Positions 30,897 to 40,812 of a DNA stretch of 64,000 bases are shown piece by piece. The DNA is from Phormidesmis sp. GTDB lineage: Bacteria; Cyanobacteriota; Cyanobacteriia; Leptolyngbyales; Leptolyngbyaceae. The position numbers were made by a program, and so were the translations under genes. Location of the stretch: positions 2,208,001-2,272,000 of the forward strand of contig CBDFJR010000002.1 of NCBI GenBank assembly GCA_965248535.1. Direction: 5' to 3'. The notes beneath the pieces are model-generated. The model did not search any database and had not been told where the DNA came from. It saw only the letters and a list, made by a program, of their open reading frames with translations. Each line of letters begins with the position of its first letter. Position 1 is the first letter of the stretch.

Positions 30897-31781
30897 ATGA
30901 ATCAGAATCGTCAATCGCTTGAACATCGATTATGGAGTGGATTGGGAATCGGGTTACTCTTGATGCCCATAGTTGCTTACGGGATGCCGCATTTTTTGCG
31001 TCCGGTTCGCGCTCCTGAGACTCGATCGCTGTTTCAAGGCATCGACTATCGACGCGAGATCCGATCGCTGCCTCGCCCGATCGTGATTCACATCGTCACG
31101 ATCGACTTGACGGCACCCAACGTTCGCGCTTTTGTGACTCCCGGCACGATCATTGACGACACCGAAGTCAACGCCCGCACCACGTCTAGGTTTCTTAGTG
31201 AATTTGGTCTCAAACTGGCAATTAACGCAAATTTTTTCTACCGCTTCCGAGAAGAAACCCCGTGGGATTATTTTCCTCACGCTGGCGATCGGGTGAATAA
31301 TGTGGGACAAGTCACCTCTAATGGGCAAACCTATTCTCCCTCAGAATCTGAGTGGGCAGCGGTTTGTTTTGGGTCTCGCCGAGCGCAGATGATAGAAGGC
31401 ACCTGTCCGGCAGAGACCCTGCAAGCAGTTGCCGGAAACGAGGTGCTGATCAAGGCAGGAAAGCCCGTGGCTAAAGCAGCAAAATCAGATAAGCCCTATC
31501 CCCGATCGGTGGTGGCGATCGATGCAACAGGCAAAAAACTTTGGCTAATTTTAGTAGACGGCAAACAGCGTCTCTACAGCGAAGGCATGACGATCGCAGA
31601 ACTCACTAATTTTGTCCAACAGTTAGGCGTTGATTCGACCCTCAATCTGGATGGCGGCGGATCGGTGACGTTGGCCGTGGCGACTCCCCTCGGTGCAAAA
31701 ATTCTCAATTCCCCGATTCAAAATAAGATTCCGATGAATGAACGCCCTGTTGCGAGTCATTTAGGATTTTACGCAAACTAA
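30897..31781 (+). CDS. Phosphodiester glycosidase (NAGPA-like) family protein
   Basis: AINANFF, PRS.VA, VDGKQ...SEGMT..EL, LNLDGGGS. Confidence 0.88.
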   Translation: MNQNRQSLEHRLWSGLGIGLLLMPIVAYGMPHFLRPVRAPETRSLFQGIDYRREIRSLPRPIVIHIVTIDLTAPNVRAFVTPGTIIDDTEVNARTTSRFLSEFGLKLAINANFFYRFREETPWDYFPHAGDRVNNVGQVTSNGQTYSPSESEWAAVCFGSRRAQMIEGTCPAETLQAVAGNEVLIKAGKPVAKAAKSDKPYPRSVVAIDATGKKLWLILVDGKQRLYSEGMTIAELTNFVQQLGVDSTLNLDGGGSVTLAVATPLGAKILNSPIQNKIPMNERPVASHLGFYAN

Positions 31782-31783
31782 CC

Positions 31784-33040
31784 TCATCTCAACACCCATC
31801 CCAAAAACCGCTCAGTGTAATAGAGCGCTAGCTGATTGCTCACGCCATTAAACACCGCATCAAACGCATGATCTGCCCAGGGAATTTCTAAAAAGACCGC
31901 CTGACTGCCCACAGACTGTAGCCGATCGAATAAGCCTTTACCAAATTTTGCTTGCACAATGTGATCACGACCGCCATAAATCAACAGAGTCGGCGGCATC
32001 GGGCGAGTCACCAACTGATAGGGAGAAGCCCGTCGATATAAGTCTGGCAACTGGTCAGGGGTGCCGCCCAGAAAGGCTTCGAGGGTGGCACGAGAATCGA
32101 TCGGGTCAGGGTTGGGCGGTTCTCGATAGCCGATCGTCAACTCAACTGGGCCATAATAGTCAACAACGGCTTTAATGGGAGGCGGATTGGATTGAAACGC
32201 TGACAGCAACGCTAGATGAGCACCCGCCGATCGTCCCATCACGGCAATGCGATCGCGATCAATATCATACTCGTTAACGTGATTCAGAATGTGAACAAAC
32301 GCCGCGTTGATATCATCCAGTTGAGCCGGAAATTTGTGTTGAGGCGCATGACGATAATCGATCGCGACCACCACATAGCCCCGTGCCGCCATGTATCGAC
32401 TAAAGGCCGCATCGCTGTCAGGAGTGCCGCGTTGCCATGCGCCACCATAGATTGTGACGATCGTGGGATAGGTTCCTTTTTGCGGCGGTTGATAGAGATT
32501 GAGCGTTAGCGGAACGCCTTCTGGATTGGCAAACTGAATCTTTGACACATATCGAACATTGCCATCAGAAATGCCGCGAAACACATCCAGCAACGCTAGA
32601 GGAGATGGACGCATCCACGATCGCTGAGTCTGCGGAATCTGATTAACGTAGTCTACACCCAATGCTGACTGCATTGCCGTAGAGAATCTCTGATTAGTAG
32701 CCGGGAATTGCAGCAGAGGCAGCAGGCTTAATACTAACGCAAAAGCACTGCCAGCCAGAAATAAACGAGATGACCAACCTTGATGAAAAACTCTTAACAG
32801 CAGCAGAATCGCGATCGCATTCACAACAACCAACCAGGGACTGATCTCTGGCGCACCAACACCCAACGGCAACAAAAACAGTGTCGGAGCCGGAATCACA
32901 ATCCACAGAGAGAGAAACAACCCGATCAAGCTCAACGCCGCAGGAATCAAACTAGTCACAAGAAAGGCAACGAGCAACACCAGCGATCGCGCAGTCTTAA
33001 CGCGGGGCAGATGACTCATTGCCTGATTTTCTTTTGACAT
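31784..33040 (-). CDS. Membrane-anchored alpha/beta hydrolase (esterase/lipase)
   Basis: YGGAW, IDYR.AP, GRSAG nucleophile elbow, D and H (ADHAFD). Confidence 0.9.
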   Translation of the reverse strand: MSKENQAMSHLPRVKTARSLVLLVAFLVTSLIPAALSLIGLFLSLWIVIPAPTLFLLPLGVGAPEISPWLVVVNAIAILLLLRVFHQGWSSRLFLAGSAFALVLSLLPLLQFPATNQRFSTAMQSALGVDYVNQIPQTQRSWMRPSPLALLDVFRGISDGNVRYVSKIQFANPEGVPLTLNLYQPPQKGTYPTIVTIYGGAWQRGTPDSDAAFSRYMAARGYVVVAIDYRHAPQHKFPAQLDDINAAFVHILNHVNEYDIDRDRIAVMGRSAGAHLALLSAFQSNPPPIKAVVDYYGPVELTIGYREPPNPDPIDSRATLEAFLGGTPDQLPDLYRRASPYQLVTRPMPPTLLIYGGRDHIVQAKFGKGLFDRLQSVGSQAVFLEIPWADHAFDAVFNGVSNQLALYYTERFLGWVLR

Positions 33041-33114
33041 TTGCTCTTTACCGATTTGAGTGAGGCTGATAGTCTGACAACTGTTGCCATAGTATCTTAG
33101 CTGGACTCAAAAAA

Positions 33115-34467
33115 TTAAGCTTCTACAGGAATCGGGATCGGCTGAGGCGGTTCAGAAAACACCGTCCGCGATCGCTGCGTGTCAATCAGAGAAAGCTGCG
33201 TCGTCAACAGAAAACTAACAAAACTCGCAATCACGACGATGGGAACCATCGAAGTATCAGAAAGAACCCCCAAAATCACAGTGGTGCTAATCGGTGTTTT
33301 GGTAATGGCAACATTTACGGCTGCCATCATGCAAATCATGCTAATAGTGGGATGAATTTCCGGAAATCCGAGGGAGACTGCAAAGCCAACGGTTGCCCCA
33401 ATATAAAATAACGGAAAAATGAATCCACCGCGAAAGCCTGAATGCAGCGTGCAGCCAACGGCTAACATCTTGCCGACCGCGATTAGCAACAGCATCGTGA
33501 TTCCTAGCGTTGAGCCAGTCTCAATGATTGTGCTAATTTCTTTTTCACCAAAAAACAACGTTTGAGGAATCACAAGAGCGATCAGTCCAATCGATAAACC
33601 GCCCAGTGTTGCCAACAAAATGGTGTGGTGCTCGATCGATTTAACCAAATAGCCAACCGCTCGGAAAATTAGCACAAACAGCAACGCCGTCAGCGCACCC
33701 AGTGCACCTAACAATGCGCCCTGACCCAAATTCATCAGCGACAGAGGCGGAACGGGAGGAAAATGATACATTCCCCCGATCGTTAACCCCGTGTTGAACC
33801 GAAACACGAAAAAGCTGAGAATCGCTGACAGCACAGCCGGAATCAACGCTTCATAATACTCCAAGCCCCGGCGGTGAGGAATCTCTAGCGCAAACAGCGC
33901 CCCCCCCAAAGGCGCACCAAAAAAAGCGCCCAAAGCCGCACTCATGCCGCAAAACGTCAGCACACGAGTATTGATCAACGTGAGCTTTAGCTTTTCACTC
34001 AGCCAACTGCCAAAGCTTCCAATCACTTGCACCAAAGGGGCTTCTGGCCCAGCGCTGCCGCCCGCCGTGATCGAAAATAGAGACGCGACAATCATCGCGG
34101 GCGTTTGGCTCAACTCAATCCGCCCCGGATCGTGCACCTTGTCAACCACCATCGCGACTTCACCCGGAAGCCCCATAAAATGCAAGGTTAACCCCACACA
34201 AAAGCCCCCGATCGTCGTCACAATCCACACATAGTTGCTAGCCGGAATGCCTGCTGGCAAGTGAGGGAGCACGATCGCGGGCAGCGTGTGCCACACTAGA
34301 TGCAAGAAACCCTCTAGCACGTTGTAATAGACCGTGGCGACTAGCCCACCCGCGATGCCAATCACAGCCGCACAAAAAATCGTTTGTTGATAAGTCAACT
34401 CCCGGCTATAGAGTGGGCTGTTGGCAATGTTGTTAAGGGAGGGTGTTTCTGAGATTTGAGTAGTCAC
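33115..34467 (-). CDS. ClC-family anion channel/antiporter
   Basis: GGSAGPEAP, FGAPLGGALFALE, GFRGGFIFP; no CBS domains. Confidence 0.9.
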   Translation of the reverse strand: MTTQISETPSLNNIANSPLYSRELTYQQTIFCAAVIGIAGGLVATVYYNVLEGFLHLVWHTLPAIVLPHLPAGIPASNYVWIVTTIGGFCVGLTLHFMGLPGEVAMVVDKVHDPGRIELSQTPAMIVASLFSITAGGSAGPEAPLVQVIGSFGSWLSEKLKLTLINTRVLTFCGMSAALGAFFGAPLGGALFALEIPHRRGLEYYEALIPAVLSAILSFFVFRFNTGLTIGGMYHFPPVPPLSLMNLGQGALLGALGALTALLFVLIFRAVGYLVKSIEHHTILLATLGGLSIGLIALVIPQTLFFGEKEISTIIETGSTLGITMLLLIAVGKMLAVGCTLHSGFRGGFIFPLFYIGATVGFAVSLGFPEIHPTISMICMMAAVNVAITKTPISTTVILGVLSDTSMVPIVVIASFVSFLLTTQLSLIDTQRSRTVFSEPPQPIPIPVEA

Positions 34468-34497
34468 TGATAAAACCTTCCTCGGTTGAGTCTGAGA

Positions 34498-35982
34498 TTA
34501 ATGACCGACTGCTGCTACTTCGCCTTCGAGTGCGTCGCTCGTCGAGACTTGAGGCTCTTTCAAAATGAAGGCACATAGGAAACAAACAACCACTGCCGCC
34601 ACACCCAAAATCTCAAAGAACGATCGGTTACCTTCTAGAGTCTGAGGCAACAAGCTATAGGCGGTGGCATACAGCACTGAACCCACACTGCCAAAGGCCC
34701 CAATGTTGCCAGCAATCTGCCCGGTGACGCGTCTCTTGATTAAGGGCGCAATGCCAAACGTTGCACCCGCTCCACCAAATACAAAGAACGCACACACCAT
34801 CGTCATCACCACTGAGGCAGGCAGCCACCAGTCGCCTGAGATGCGGCTCATCATCAGATAGCAAAGGCCCAAGCCGCCAATCATTGCGGTCAGCGTCCAT
34901 TTGCGGCTGCCGATTTTGTCAGAGATTAACCCACCAGCCGGGCGAGAAATCAGATTCATTAACGGATAGGTTGCGGCGACGGGCCCTGCAATTTGGTGGC
35001 TTAAGTTAAAGGTGTGTTCAAAAAACTCCGGCAGCATTGAGACAACGGCTAACTCAGAGCCAAAGCTGACTGCATAGGCGAGTTCTAAAATAAACACTTG
35101 GCTCATCTGATAGCGATCGTCCGGTGAGTAGTGTTTTTGACCGCTCACGACTTCTCGGTTGACCTGGTAAGTCTGATAAGTCTGAATCACAAGCAAAACT
35201 GCCAAAAATCCCCAAATGCCATACATCACAGCCGGACTCAAGAATTTCACCAACTGCAAGCGCCAAGCAATCAACCCCATTGCGCCAAACAGAGGAACAC
35301 TGGTCAGCGTCAGTGCCCAAAAGCTTTTGCGACTAGTGACTTCCATGCCGCCATCACGGGCAGGACGCTGATAGACTTTGCCGGGGGGCGTGTCTTGCAC
35401 GTTGAGATAAAAAATCACACCATAAACGGCAGACACAACGCCGCAGAGCGCGATCGCAAACCGCCAGTTTTCGTGACCCGCGTAGAGAAACGCAGATCCA
35501 AAGGCCAGCAGGGGCAAAGTGGCTTCTGCTGCAAAGGAGCCAAAGTTTCCCCAACCGCCATAGATGCCTTGAGCAAAGCCAATTTGCTTGGGCTGAAACC
35601 ACTCATTGACGAGGCGAATTCCGACGACAAACCCGGCACCGACAATACCCATTGCCAGACGGCTTAACACTAGCTGATTAAAGTTTTGGGCCGAGGCGAA
35701 CGCCAGACAGGGAATCGCTGCATAGATCAGCAGCGCCGAAAACGTGATGCGAGGGCCAAAGCGATCGAGCACCATGCCGATGATGATCCGAGCAGGAATC
35801 GTTAGTGCCAAGTTACACAAGCTGATGGTTCTAGCTTGGGCAACGGTTAAATGCAAATCTTCGCGAATGACGCTGGTGAATGGGGCATAGTTAAACCACA
35901 CCACAAAGGTCAAGAAGAAGGCAAACCAGCTAAAGTTTAGAATCCGATAAGGACCCCTGAAAGACAATAACCCGCGTAGCAT
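34498..35982 (-). CDS. nrtP: NarK-family nitrate/nitrite MFS transporter
   Basis: WFAFFLTFVVWFN, GAGFVVGIR, GIYGGWGNFGS, FGSELAVVSMLP, RPAGGLISD. Confidence 0.9.
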   Translation of the reverse strand: MLRGLLSFRGPYRILNFSWFAFFLTFVVWFNYAPFTSVIREDLHLTVAQARTISLCNLALTIPARIIIGMVLDRFGPRITFSALLIYAAIPCLAFASAQNFNQLVLSRLAMGIVGAGFVVGIRLVNEWFQPKQIGFAQGIYGGWGNFGSFAAEATLPLLAFGSAFLYAGHENWRFAIALCGVVSAVYGVIFYLNVQDTPPGKVYQRPARDGGMEVTSRKSFWALTLTSVPLFGAMGLIAWRLQLVKFLSPAVMYGIWGFLAVLLVIQTYQTYQVNREVVSGQKHYSPDDRYQMSQVFILELAYAVSFGSELAVVSMLPEFFEHTFNLSHQIAGPVAATYPLMNLISRPAGGLISDKIGSRKWTLTAMIGGLGLCYLMMSRISGDWWLPASVVMTMVCAFFVFGGAGATFGIAPLIKRRVTGQIAGNIGAFGSVGSVLYATAYSLLPQTLEGNRSFFEILGVAAVVVCFLCAFILKEPQVSTSDALEGEVAAVGH

Positions 35983-36183
35983 ATTTAAGATCCTTTGCGA
36001 TGTAAGTGAACAGTTTGATCAGGCTTCTAGCAACCATCTACCCAGCCAAGTCTTTTTTTGACCGAGATTTGGTCGTCATAACGCGCCACCTATCGAGTCG
36101 TTTGAAACGAGTTCGAGTTTTGGCGTTGTGATTCATGGGAGAGCAGCTTAAGAAAAGTTAGCTTCTTTAACTCGCTGACCTGT

Positions 36184-36225
36184 AGATTAATTTCCTAAAC
36201 AAACCATAAGTGTATTAAAGGTAAC
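36184..36225 (-). promoter_or_regulatory. Class II NtcA-activated promoter of nrtP
   Basis: Minus strand GTTACCTTTAATAC (one mismatch to GTA-N8-TAC), exactly 22 nt spacer, then -10 box TAATCT. Confidence 0.75.
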
Positions 36226-36467
36226 TTTTAATGCTGGCATTTGCAGAAAACGAATCGAAATGATGAAGATATTGCATGTTTTTAGGATCGCTGAGTCGAT
36301 CAATGTAGATCACGCTCCTAAGAATGCAGGGAGAACGATCGCATAAGGGCATCAGTCAAACTCTAAGAACGCTATCTAAGTCAGGAAGTGCTAACAATGC
36401 AAGAGTCATGACTTGATCAATTACAGCAGAAACGGTATTGTCATATACAGAAGTTATCTGTTGTCTT

Positions 36468-36848
36468 ATGAAAACCAAATTTTTTAATTCCTTAATTGCT
36501 GGTTTGATCGCTTCAGGACTGTTATCGATCGCACCCGCTGCTTTTGCTCAAGCCACGAGATCGCAGGCTCCAGCCGACGTTGAGCGCTTGACTTGCGTGA
36601 AAGATGCTCAGGGCTTGATGTGTAAAGCTGAAGAACACGATAGCCAAGCCGTCGCTACAGGTGCAGCCACTCCTGCGATCGTCAACTCTGAGCAGCTAGG
36701 ACGCTGGTCTGACGCACTGCTGGCCTGTCTTTATTTTGTGTTGCCTACGGGGTTAGGTCTCGCGGTCTTTTTGAGCGATAAGCGCTCTGAGCTTCTCAGA
36801 GAACAAATCGAGCGCTTAGAAAAGCTTTGGAGCCAAACGCCTCAATAG
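36468..36848 (+). CDS. Hypothetical exported/membrane protein
   Basis: Signal peptide (APAAFAQ), Cys pair, C-terminal TM and coiled tail. Confidence 0.65.
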   Translation: MKTKFFNSLIAGLIASGLLSIAPAAFAQATRSQAPADVERLTCVKDAQGLMCKAEEHDSQAVATGAATPAIVNSEQLGRWSDALLACLYFVLPTGLGLAVFLSDKRSELLREQIERLEKLWSQTPQ

Positions 36849-36920
36849 TCGTCTTTGAAGAAATTGTCTTTGAAGGGTCTTTGTCGAGCGACAGGCGGAG
36901 AATCTGGGCTGAGGTTAAAT

Positions 36921-38153
36921 TCAGCCCTCCCAAACTCGCAGCAATTCGGCGATCGCGACACTGTGGGCCATCGCTCCCCTCGGCAAATGCGGAAAATCGC
37001 CATCAAATAATTCCGAAATAGACCCTAAACAGCCCTGTTGCTCAAGGTGAGTGATCAAAGGCTGCCAATCAAAGGGCATCGGCAAGTCGTCACAAAATTG
37101 ACTCCAGCTTCGCAAAAAGGCCCCCAGCAGCCAACTCCAAACCGTGCCTTGATGATAGGCAAATTCTCGCTCCCAAACGCTGCCATCATACAGGCTCACA
37201 TAAGCCGGATCAGCGGGATCGAGCGATCGTAGCCCATAGGGGGTAAGCAAGCGATCGCGGGCCACCTGCAACACCTGCCGCGCTTGATCAGTCGAGAACG
37301 CACAGTGACGCAGCGACAGCGCCAACACCGCCTTGGGGCGAACAGTCGGATCGCGGCGATCGTCCGGTTCGATCACATCTAATAAAAGGTGGAGCGATCC
37401 AGCAGAGGTAGGTCTGTCTCGGCTCCGACTCTGGCTTCTAGCGTGATCGAGTCTTCTGAGTGCAGCAACACCGAGAGATAGCCAGGGCTGTAGATCTTCA
37501 TCGTCGCGCCCCGCCGTGTCTCTTCGGGGTAGTGAAAGTTCAGGTGCCACTGACCATCTGGCTGGTAGTGGGCCTGGCTCCAGCGCAGTTGCCAGAGAGT
37601 GTCTGATTGCCCTGAGCAAGTCGATTGCAGCCTTAATTGGTGGGGGGCGATCTGCTGCGAGAAACTCAGACCCAGAGATTGGTGCTGCGGGTGATGAAAC
37701 CCCCGATCGCCCACTAGGGGGCGCAATCGCAAAACCGCCGATTCTTCTCCTCTATAGGTGTAGCGCATCAGCACTCGATGAGAAAAATGAGGCATCTGAT
37801 CAGGGTCTAAGCCATGAGGCACTAGAATCTCACGGGTCAGTTGCCAGGAGTCTTGCTGCCAAACCCAGGTGGGAGTGGGGTCAAGCGTAAACGATCGCAA
37901 CCAGCGATAGCCTAGCGGTAAAATGGAGCGATCGCGCCAGAAATGAGTGCTCAAAGCAACCTGCTGTCCGGCGATTTCTAAACTCGCATCCATGTGAGAG
38001 AGCAAAAGCGTGCAGCGATCGGGCGGATCTAAGGGCGGCAAACAGCCAACCGTGGTAGGTGCGCGTTCGAGCATCGCAGACGGTGCCGCTGGCAAATCCT
38101 CCTAACCCATTGGTCAGCAGCCATTCTCGCGTGTCTAGACTGTCGCCGCTCAT
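36921..38153 (-). pseudogene. Glycogen debranching enzyme (amylo-alpha-1,6-glucosidase), frameshifted and internally deleted
   Basis: REWLLTNGLGGFASGTV...RTYHGWL N-terminal domain is joined almost directly to the C-terminal LLTPYGLRSL...YHQGTVW...SISELFDG; several indels. Confidence 0.82.
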
Positions 38154-38348
38154 GAACGAAAAGGTAAAAAAACATTTTCTATCACGAAAGCCTACTTAGT
38201 CTGCTCCTTCACCACTTTTTCATGGTTTGCCCTGGCTCATGCCTTTAGTCAAAATCGTTATGACTATGATATGGTTGTTACAGTTCGTATTGAATCTGTG
38301 GCCTCAGTTTGAGCCATTAGACCTACTGCTTAAGGAGACTTTTTTCCC

Positions 38349-38954
38349 ATGACCCATGCCAACGAAGGATGCTTACGGGTCGGTCAACCCGCTCCCGAAT
38401 TTACAGCAACGGCTGTTGTTGATCAAGAATTTAAAGACATTAAACTGTCTGACTATCGTGGCAAATATGTGGTTTTGTTCTTTTACCCGTTAGACTTCAC
38501 ATTTGTTTGCCCGACTGAGATCACGGCATTTAGCGATCGCCACCCAGACTTTAGCGCCATCGGCACCGAGATTTTGGGCGTGTCGGTCGATAGTGCGTTT
38601 TCGCACCTAGCTTGGATTCAGAGCGATCGTAAATCGGGCGGAGTAGGTGATCTCAACTATCCCCTCGTGTCTGACATTAAAAAAGAAATCAGCCTTGCTT
38701 ATAACGTGCTCGACTCAAACGAAGGCGTGGCGTTGCGCGGTCTGTTTATCATCGACAAAGACGGCGTGATTCAACACTCGACGATTAATAATCTGTCGTT
38801 TGGGCGCAGCGTTGATGAGACTCTTCGCACACTGCAAGCGATTCAATATGTGCAGTCTCACCCCGATGAGGTTTGCCCCGCAGGTTGGCAGCCTGGTGAC
38901 AAGACAATGAACCCTGACCCCGTGAAGTCAAAAGAGTTTTTTGCGGCCGTGTAG
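38349..38954 (+). CDS. 2-Cys peroxiredoxin (AhpC/TSA)
   Basis: [25 protein letters not shown]. Confidence 0.96.
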   Translation: MTHANEGCLRVGQPAPEFTATAVVDQEFKDIKLSDYRGKYVVLFFYPLDFTFVCPTEITAFSDRHPDFSAIGTEILGVSVDSAFSHLAWIQSDRKSGGVGDLNYPLVSDIKKEISLAYNVLDSNEGVALRGLFIIDKDGVIQHSTINNLSFGRSVDETLRTLQAIQYVQSHPDEVCPAGWQPGDKTMNPDPVKSKEFFAAV

Positions 38955-39024
38955 GCGATCGTTACTAGAAGTGGATGGTAGTCAATGGCTACTGTCCACT
39001 ATTTTTTTGAGAGAAAGTTGTTCT

Positions 39025-39567
39025 ATGTTGACTTCTACTGACTTCAGCGGTTTATTGAATCGGCGTTTTTTGAATAATCTCTTTCCGATTCCAGCGACCA
39101 ATCGGTTAGCGTTGGGTGCTGTGACTCCTGGGTTTGAGTTATTTGATGTCACTCACAATCGTCTGATTAAATTATCTGATTATCAAAACGATCGTCCGGT
39201 GATTCTCGTCTTCACTCGCATTTTTACCGAAAATCAATACTGTCCGTTTTGTTTCCCGCACATTAAGGCATTAAACGAACAGTATCAGCAGTTTGTCGAT
39301 CGCGGGGCAGAGGTGTTGATGATCACAAGCACTGACCTTCAGCAAAGCAAAAAAGTAGTCCAAGATTTAGGGCTAAAAATGCCTCTGTTAAGCGATGCTA
39401 GCTGTCGGGTGTTTCGCGACTATCAGACGGGTCAAGCGTTGGGTGCGCCGTTATCGGCTCAGTTTTTGCTCGATCGTCAGGGCATTCTTCGCTATAAGCA
39501 TTTGTTTTCGTTTCTCAATCACAATGCTAGTCCTGACACATTGCTATTCGCATTAGATCGGCTGTGA
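39025..39567 (+). CDS. Peroxiredoxin-like (AhpC/TSA/redoxin) protein
   Basis: FTRIFTE.QYCPFCFPHI, PLLSD; start ATG 39025 inferred. Confidence 0.85.
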   Translation: MLTSTDFSGLLNRRFLNNLFPIPATNRLALGAVTPGFELFDVTHNRLIKLSDYQNDRPVILVFTRIFTENQYCPFCFPHIKALNEQYQQFVDRGAEVLMITSTDLQQSKKVVQDLGLKMPLLSDASCRVFRDYQTGQALGAPLSAQFLLDRQGILRYKHLFSFLNHNASPDTLLFALDRL

Positions 39568-39777
39568 TAACTCAAACAGCGCGTCACTGACGAGATGAAG
39601 GAGTTAGGTTTTTGGTAGACACTAACTTGGTGATCACTAACTACGTGGCTGGTTTAATCAAAGAACAGGAAGCCGCCATGAGTGGGGTTCTCGATCGTCA
39701 GATTGCGATCGCAGTTACCGCTTCTGATTTTGAGCCTTTCAGCGATACAATTGTCGAAAGAGCATCGCGGGGATGTT

Positions 39778-40041
39778 ATGACGATTGAACAAGCTATTTT
39801 AGAAACGTTAAAGGTATTGCCCCCTGAAAAGCAGCAAGAGATTTTAGAGTTTGCTGAGTCGTTAGTTGAAGGGGTTCAGACCGAAGGTGCAGACGCTCAA
39901 GCAGGTTGGGAGAACGATCCATTTGTTGGCATGTGGAAGGATCGAGAAGATATGCAGGATAGTGTTGCTTGGGTGATGCAACTTCGTCGGCAACAGTGGC
40001 AACGATCTACAGAACCCATCATTAAGCGATCGCATAACTGA
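39778..40041 (+). CDS. DUF2281-like antitoxin
   Basis: LPPEKQQEILEFAESL...FVGMWKDREDM.DSVAWV..LR. Confidence 0.8.
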   Translation: MTIEQAILETLKVLPPEKQQEILEFAESLVEGVQTEGADAQAGWENDPFVGMWKDREDMQDSVAWVMQLRRQQWQRSTEPIIKRSHN

Positions 40042-40426
40042 GAAAGTTCTGGTAGATTCAGATATTTTGATTGATGTCAGTCGAGGAGTTAGTGCGACGA
40101 CAGCTTTATTCAGCGCCACGGCGCAGACTGCCAGAATCATGATTTCTGCCGTAGCTCAGATGGAACTGCTAGTTGGTTGCAGAAACCGAGACGAACTTCA
40201 AATTACAGAACGATTTTTGGCGCGTTTTGAGATCATTGATCTAAATGAGACTATTTCTAAAAGAGCAGTTTTTTTGCTTACTACTTATAACTTGAGTCAT
40301 GGATTACTGATTCCTGACGCATTCATCGCAGCAACAGCTTTAGCGATGGAGCTTAGATTGTTAAGCAAGAATCAACGAGACTTCCGCTTTATTGAAAATC
40401 TTAATCTTCTGCCACTGTCTACTTAG
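40034..40426 (+). CDS. VapC PIN toxin whose natural start position reads ATA
   Basis: ATA ACT GAG AAA GTT CTG GTA GAT TCA GAT gives (I)TEKVLVDSDILID, then MELLVG...PDAFIAATA...NQRDF. Confidence 0.75.
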   Translation: MTEKVLVDSDILIDVSRGVSATTALFSATAQTARIMISAVAQMELLVGCRNRDELQITERFLARFEIIDLNETISKRAVFLLTTYNLSHGLLIPDAFIAATALAMELRLLSKNQRDFRFIENLNLLPLST

Positions 40427-40568
40427 CTTTTTTCTTTGATCGTGATTCTCCTTGAACGATCGCAGCACCAGTCAATTCATCTAGCTGATAGGCGATCGTA
40501 TCGATCGTTTGTTGTTGACTGACTAAGGATTGTGAATTAAACAACTTCGACCATTGCCAGGGTGGCTT

Positions 40569-40610
40569 GCCCTCACCCCCGACCCCTCTCCCAAACTGGG
40601 AGAGAAGAGG
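40569..40610. repeat. Cyanobacterial intergenic palindromic repeat
   Basis: CCCTCACCCCCGACCCCTCTCCCAAACTGGGAGAG. Confidence 0.55.
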
Positions 40611-40812
40611 AGCAAGAGTGCGGTTTCTCTTCTCCGAGGGGTGAGTGAGAGACAGACTGAAACGATCGGGCAAGAATTGCTATAGAATGGCAAAGGTCGG
40701 CATTCGATCCCAGTCTTCAGAACCGAACATCGCGTCAGCCCCTCAAACCCATATCTGTCTGCCAAGACTGGTGCCATCAACGGCAACAGACCGATGTTAT
40801 CTCTGGAGTTAC

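Noticed and set aside
36232..36245. NtcB (LysR) site upstream of the NtcA box
   Set aside because: TGCT-N6-TGCA does not match the TGCA-N5-TGCA spacing.
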